From positions 1-28,199 of IMG/VR virus record IMGVR_UViG_3300031787_000653: a stretch of DNA of 28,199 nt; one strand, written 5' to 3'. Position numbers and translations under genes: made by a program. Shown here one piece after another: positions 25,453 through 28,199 of this stretch. The stretch comes from a virus (Duplodnaviria; Caudoviricetes). Numbering within the stretch: position 1 is the first letter of the stretch; each line of letters starts with the position of its first letter. The notes beneath the pieces were generated by a model. The model worked only from the letters and a program-made list of their open reading frames with translations, had not been told where the DNA came from and searched no databases.

Positions 25453-25632
25453 ATGCGTACCGACGACACACCCCCGTTGGAGACCTGGGACGACGTGCTC
25501 AAGCACTGCGAGCCAGGGTCTCCCGCCGACAGGTTCGCTAGGTTGTGCCGCACCTGCCCGAACGCCGACCTGTACCTCGACCTGTTCAAGGCGATGCGCC
25601 CAGTCGAGCCGCCGGTACCCCGTGCCTCCTGA
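25453..25632 (+). CDS. Hypothetical protein (59 aa; MRTDDTPPLETWDDVLKHC...)
   Basis: Manual translation; fills the gap and overlaps the next start; just below the track cutoff. Confidence 0.55.
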   Translation: MRTDDTPPLETWDDVLKHCEPGSPADRFARLCRTCPNADLYLDLFKAMRPVEPPVPRAS

Positions 25633-26056
25633 GACTGCGCCGCGCCAGCGGCTTGAGGTCAACCGGATCCCGCTGCGCGAGCTCGCCCACGCGGTCGAAC
25701 TCCTCGGCGAGCGCCCGCTGCTGCGCGCGCTCGACATCCACGAGAAGACCCTCTACCGCTGGCGCACCGGGCGCTGCAAGATCCCGGGCCACCAGCGCCA
25801 GGCGATCCGTGCGCTGCTCGGCGACCTGCCCGGCACCGAGGGGCGCTGGAGTGGTTGGCGGTTCGTGCGCGGGGAACTCCTCTCCCCGGGCGGGGATCGG
25901 TTTGAGGCAGGCCACGTGCTGAGCCTGGTGCTGCTGCGCCAGCAGCTCTCGGCCCAGGAGCGGGAACTGCGCCGCCTGCGCGAGCGATTGCAGATCGCGG
26001 AGACCGCGCTGCAGCACTACGCGGGCGCTGCCAACGAGGAGCGCGTGCGGGCTTAG
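25622..26056 (+). CDS. HTH + DUF3653 protein, XafT/VC1465-like candidate Xer recombination activation factor
   Basis: HTH LDIHEKTLYRWRTGRCKIP, then the DUF3653-type motif WSGWRFVRGELLSPGGDRF, then a C-terminal coiled coil. Confidence 0.75.
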   Translation: MPPETAPRQRLEVNRIPLRELAHAVELLGERPLLRALDIHEKTLYRWRTGRCKIPGHQRQAIRALLGDLPGTEGRWSGWRFVRGELLSPGGDRFEAGHVLSLVLLRQQLSAQERELRRLRERLQIAETALQHYAGAANEERVRA

Positions 26057-27009
26057 GGGATCGTGATCCGGCTGATCTGCGTGGCGGTGCCGGCCGCCGT
26101 GTTGGTCGTGCCGCCGTCGGTGGCGTAGTCGGTCGCGCAGTTCGAGTTGCCGCTGCTGAAGAAGAACAGCCCGCCGGTCGAGTTGCCCTGCACCATCTTC
26201 GGCCACATGACCCGGCCACCCTTGGTGTCGCTGCCCACCGCCAGGTAGCGCGCCCCGGCGCTGGCCGCCTGGCCGTAGAAGAACACGTCGGTGGCGGTCG
26301 GCAGCAGGCACCCCTCCCAGCGGATGGCGCAGTCCGAGCACAGCTCGAAGTAGGTGCCATCCACCTTGTTGTAGTCGCCTTGGTCGTAGACCCCGTGCTG
26401 GAAGCCCTGGATGAACCCGCCATAGATCGCGTTGCTCGAGCCCGTGATGTAGACGCCCGTGCCGGTCAACGGCGAGGCGCCGGTCTGGTGGTCGATCTGC
26501 GGGCAGGTCACCACGTTGGCATTGCTCGCCAGGATCTTGATCGCGTCGATCGTGCCGTAGATCGTGGGGTGGTCGACGTGCACGCCGATGCAGGTCGACT
26601 GCAGCACCAGGCCGGTGGCGCAGTTGTTGACGTTCAGGCCCACCACCGCGCTGTCGAACTGCACGTTGGACAGGGCCACCGCGGTGACCCCGGTCTTGCT
26701 GTTGCCGTCGACCGCCACGTTCCTGAGCTTGATGCCGGTCTTGAACCCGGCCGTGGTCGAGAGCACCGTCATCGAGTTGGTGCCAGCCTTGAGCAGCGCT
26801 CCAGCCTCGAACTCCAGATGGCAGCTCGAGGGCAGCGTGAGCCCGGTGTTCACCAGGTAGTTGCCCTTGGGCACGTAGACGGTGCCCGCCGCGGCGTTGA
26901 TCGCTGCCTGGATCGCGGCGCTGTCGTTGGTGGTGCCGTCACCCCTGGCACCGTAGGCTTTGACGTTGACCGGGGCGTCGGTCATGGAGTACGGAACACG
27001 GGTCGTCAC
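26053..27009 (-). CDS. Tailspike/depolymerase with pectate-lyase-like right-handed beta-helix
   Basis: VNVKAYGARGDGTTNDSAAIQAAINAA..VYVPKGNY followed by beta-helix-like repeats. Confidence 0.85.
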   Translation of the reverse strand: MTTRVPYSMTDAPVNVKAYGARGDGTTNDSAAIQAAINAAAGTVYVPKGNYLVNTGLTLPSSCHLEFEAGALLKAGTNSMTVLSTTAGFKTGIKLRNVAVDGNSKTGVTAVALSNVQFDSAVVGLNVNNCATGLVLQSTCIGVHVDHPTIYGTIDAIKILASNANVVTCPQIDHQTGASPLTGTGVYITGSSNAIYGGFIQGFQHGVYDQGDYNKVDGTYFELCSDCAIRWEGCLLPTATDVFFYGQAASAGARYLAVGSDTKGGRVMWPKMVQGNSTGGLFFFSSGNSNCATDYATDGGTTNTAAGTATQISRITIP

Positions 27010-27401
27010 TTGCTCCCTTTCATCGCAGCCGCGGCTGCCGGGATGATCTTCTCGGCCGAGCGGCCCACGACGTAGCCGCCCAGGCCGAACTCAACGATCG
27101 ACCAGAGCTTGAGGTACTCGGCCTCGCTCAAAGCCGGCGCGGCCCAGCCGAACCAGCGGGCGACGATCAGCCCGCCGAAGGTCAGCATCAGGATCGGGCG
27201 CCAGTTGGCCGCGAGCCAGTGGGAGGACGCCGCCTCGGTCTTGACGATCTCGGCCCGGCCGGTGAACTCGGCGAGCTCACCCTTCTGCGCCAGCTCCAGC
27301 ATCGCGAGCTTGGCCTGGTCGCGCTGGGCCGGGTCCGGCCAGAGCCGGTCGATGAGCTTGCCGCCCACGTCCAGGGCGGCGGTGATCGGGTCGTGTGCCA
27401 T
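27006..27401 (-). CDS. Holin, 3TM (GTA-type) family
   Basis: GKLIDRLWPDP..EAASSHWLAANWRP, hydrophobic helices, LGGYVVGRSAEK. Confidence 0.85.
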   Translation of the reverse strand: MAHDPITAALDVGGKLIDRLWPDPAQRDQAKLAMLELAQKGELAEFTGRAEIVKTEAASSHWLAANWRPILMLTFGGLIVARWFGWAAPALSEAEYLKLWSIVEFGLGGYVVGRSAEKIIPAAAAAMKGSK

Positions 27402-27877
27402 CAGGCCTCCATCAAATCGCTGATGCGGCGGGCCCAGCCGCGGGAGAACGCCGGCCAGTTGGGCAGGCCTGCCATGAACCGCAGACGCTGCGCCAGGATG
27501 CGCAGGCGCAGGGCGTTGGTGTCCTGGGCGTAGGCGGCGGCCAAAGTCTTCGGACCGATCAGCCCGTCAGCCTCGACGCCGAGTGCACGCTGCAGCCAGC
27601 GGGTGGCCTGGGCGGGCCCTGAGTTGACTGCGCCGTCGAACACCGCATAGCGGATGCCGGGCGGCAGGTCGTCGGCGCGGATCGGCTTCCAGTAGCGCTC
27701 GAGGTAGATGCGCTTGGCCAGGTCCAGCGGCAGCTCCCGCATGTCGCCCTTGTAGCCCACCTCCCGGGCCACTGCCTCGGTGACGCCAAAGCGGGTCCTG
27801 CCCCCGGGATCGTCCTCGTGGTCGGAGAAGTCTCCCTCGTGACCGAGGAGCAACTGGAACGCGGTGTCGAAGTTCAT
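27401..27877 (-). CDS. Endolysin, glycoside hydrolase family 108
   Basis: HEGDFSDHEDDPGGRTRFGVT, FDGAVNSG, LQRALGV.ADG.IGPKTL and FSRGWARR motifs. Confidence 0.92.
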   Translation of the reverse strand: MNFDTAFQLLLGHEGDFSDHEDDPGGRTRFGVTEAVAREVGYKGDMRELPLDLAKRIYLERYWKPIRADDLPPGIRYAVFDGAVNSGPAQATRWLQRALGVEADGLIGPKTLAAAYAQDTNALRLRILAQRLRFMAGLPNWPAFSRGWARRISDLMEA

Positions 27878-28080
27878 TTGCTGGGCCAGTGGGTGGCGAT
27901 CCAAGACACCAGAGCCCCCATCATCGACGCGATGGTCATGCCCATCCAGAACCCGCCCTTGCCCTTGTTGGCCAGGGCCAGCAACTCCTTGACGTCGCTC
28001 TGCAACGTGGCCACCTCGCTGCGCAGCAGGTGGACCTCGGCCTGCATGCGGCCGAACGTGATGGGGTCGATGTCACTCAT
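27874..28080 (-). CDS. Small coiled-coil + transmembrane lysis-cassette protein (68 aa)
   Basis: IDPITFGRM..LLALANKGKGGFW followed by a hydrophobic helix; ATGA overlap with the endolysin gene. Confidence 0.75.
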   Translation of the reverse strand: MSDIDPITFGRMQAEVHLLRSEVATLQSDVKELLALANKGKGGFWMGMTIASMMGALVSWIATHWPSK

Positions 28081-28085
28081 GGTCG

Positions 28086-28199
28086 TCAAGAACTCAGTTC
28101 TGCAGCTCGGGCCTCAACCTCGAGCGGGTTGTCCCAGTACCCATACCGCGCGTTGTAGAAGAGATACGTGATCGCCCACCGCACCACGCCCATGCGCTG
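28086..28199 (-). CDS. 3' end of a gene, possibly DUF4157-like (partial)
   Basis: ...QRMGVVRWAITYLFYNARYGYWDNPLEVEARAAELSS*; the NPxExEA motif resembles the C-terminus of zincin-like DUF4157 proteins. Confidence 0.55.
   Translation of the reverse strand, partial: QRMGVVRWAITYLFYNARYGYWDNPLEVEARAAELSS

Larger units (their letters stand above)
1..28199. mobile_element. Temperate podovirus-type phage genome segment (BPP-1/APSE-like organisation); late operon runs off both window ends
   Basis: Terminase, portal, capsid, adaptor, PolA, SNF2 helicase, repressor and lysis genes are contiguous. No host genes are seen. Late genes lie on the minus strand at both ends, consistent with a circular or permuted genome. 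Confidence 0.95.

Noticed and set aside
1-28199. Diversity-generating retroelement as in BPP-1
   Set aside because: No reverse transcriptase and no TR/VR pair with adenine-specific differences seen in this window; one could lie outside it.

Overview
The whole window is part of a GC-rich tailed dsDNA phage with the gene set and order of BPP-1/APSE-type podoviruses; a Burkholderiales host is inferred. The left arm (minus strand) carries virion accessory genes, adaptor, cement, major capsid, scaffold, portal and terminase, followed by an HTH protein, a candidate origin, a primase-helicase and a Cro-like gene. A divergent CI-like repressor leads into a plus-strand early arm: DUF2800 nuclease, DUF2815 SSB, DNA polymerase A, VRR-NUC, SNF2 helicase, an Acb2 anti-CBASS sponge and an HTH-DUF3653 protein. 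This arm converges with the end of the late operon (tailspike, holin, GH108 endolysin). The best candidate for a new system is at the end of the early arm. No integrase is visible there, but there is a 28-bp dif-like site (24724-24751; good XerC arm, TGTATA core, degenerate XerD arm) and, about 0.9 kb away, a XafT/VC1465-like gene. This suggests a tailed temperate phage that integrates at host dif using XerCD, in the manner of the TLC satellite. Other notable items: a 22-aa-repeat virion protein missed by the ORF track, a four-copy late promoter motif (GTGTCCGT-N18-[-10]), a five-copy early promoter/operator motif, a probable CTG start for the large terminase and a structured leader before the polymerase. 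All family calls come from motif recognition by eye; no searches were run.
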